Shown here piece after piece: positions 27,420 to 27,766 of a stretch of 27,766 bases of DNA. This stretch comes from Deltaproteobacteria bacterium TL4 (GTDB lineage Bacteria; SAR324; NAC60-12). The notes beneath the pieces are model-generated. The model worked only from the letters and a program-made list of their open reading frames with translations. It was not told the origin of the DNA and did no database searches. The stretch's first letter is position 1, and the number at the start of each line of letters is the position of its first letter. The position numbers and the translations under genes are program-made. The stretch spans positions 1 to 27,766 of the forward strand of contig JBBCAX010000024.1 in NCBI GenBank assembly GCA_051382335.1, read 5' to 3'.

Positions 27420-27674
27420 ATGTGGAAGTCAAAAGTTTTATTTTTAATCGCAACTATTATAGTAATATTCTTCAATAACGCTTATGCTAAAGAAAAAATC
27501 CTGATTCCAGCAGTAATTAGCTATGTGGATTTGGACATGGAATACTCTCAACTTCAAAAACAAGATCCTAAAGCTTTTGAAATAGTTGGAAAAGGTAAAG
27601 AGGAAGGGATTATTGCGGTATTTGATTACATAAATGAGTCTGTTTATTTAGTTGTTTATCTAAAATTTCTATAA
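27420..27674 (+). CDS. Small secreted protein, candidate partner or immunity protein
   Basis: GGAGG at 27410-27414, then ATG 27420. Signal peptide MWKSKVLFLIATIIVIFFNNAYA. Starts 15 nt after the preceding stop; may be truncated. Confidence 0.6.
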   Translation: MWKSKVLFLIATIIVIFFNNAYAKEKILIPAVISYVDLDMEYSQLQKQDPKAFEIVGKGKEEGIIAVFDYINESVYLVVYLKFL

Positions 27675-27766
27675 ATTTTATTTCGACGAACTTTTTTTAA
27701 AAAAAGTCCAACCAATTTCATTTCGCCTGTCTTTTTTTATAAAAAGCAAAACAATTACCCAAAATA

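Overview
Bacterial chromosomal window, probably from a deltaproteobacterium-like organism (inferred from the PutA and CheA types). Core genes are a MoxR AAA+ ATPase, Tex, a HIT hydrolase, PutA, oligopeptidase A (PrlC) and several hypotheticals. One hypothetical (6371-7435) looks like a bacterial counterpart of the mitochondrial HPD-motif protein TCAIM (DUF4460/4461). A chemosensory cluster runs cheA (two Hpt domains), an unusual REC-PAS-Hpt-HATPase-CheW kinase, cheR, cheW and cheB. It has no receptor and no stand-alone CheY, and a collapsed MCP/CheW remnant lies upstream. The intergenic DNA holds several miniature transposable elements. In three unrelated families, a REP-like hairpin doublet is nested inside the terminal inverted repeats (TIRs). 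After a lone 3' half of tRNA-Ala(GGC), an AT-richer segment encodes a ~954-aa lipoprotein with a DUF6973-like tip, now broken by an IS66-like MITE and a +1 frameshift, followed by a small secreted ORF. All family assignments are from motif recognition by eye; no searches were run.
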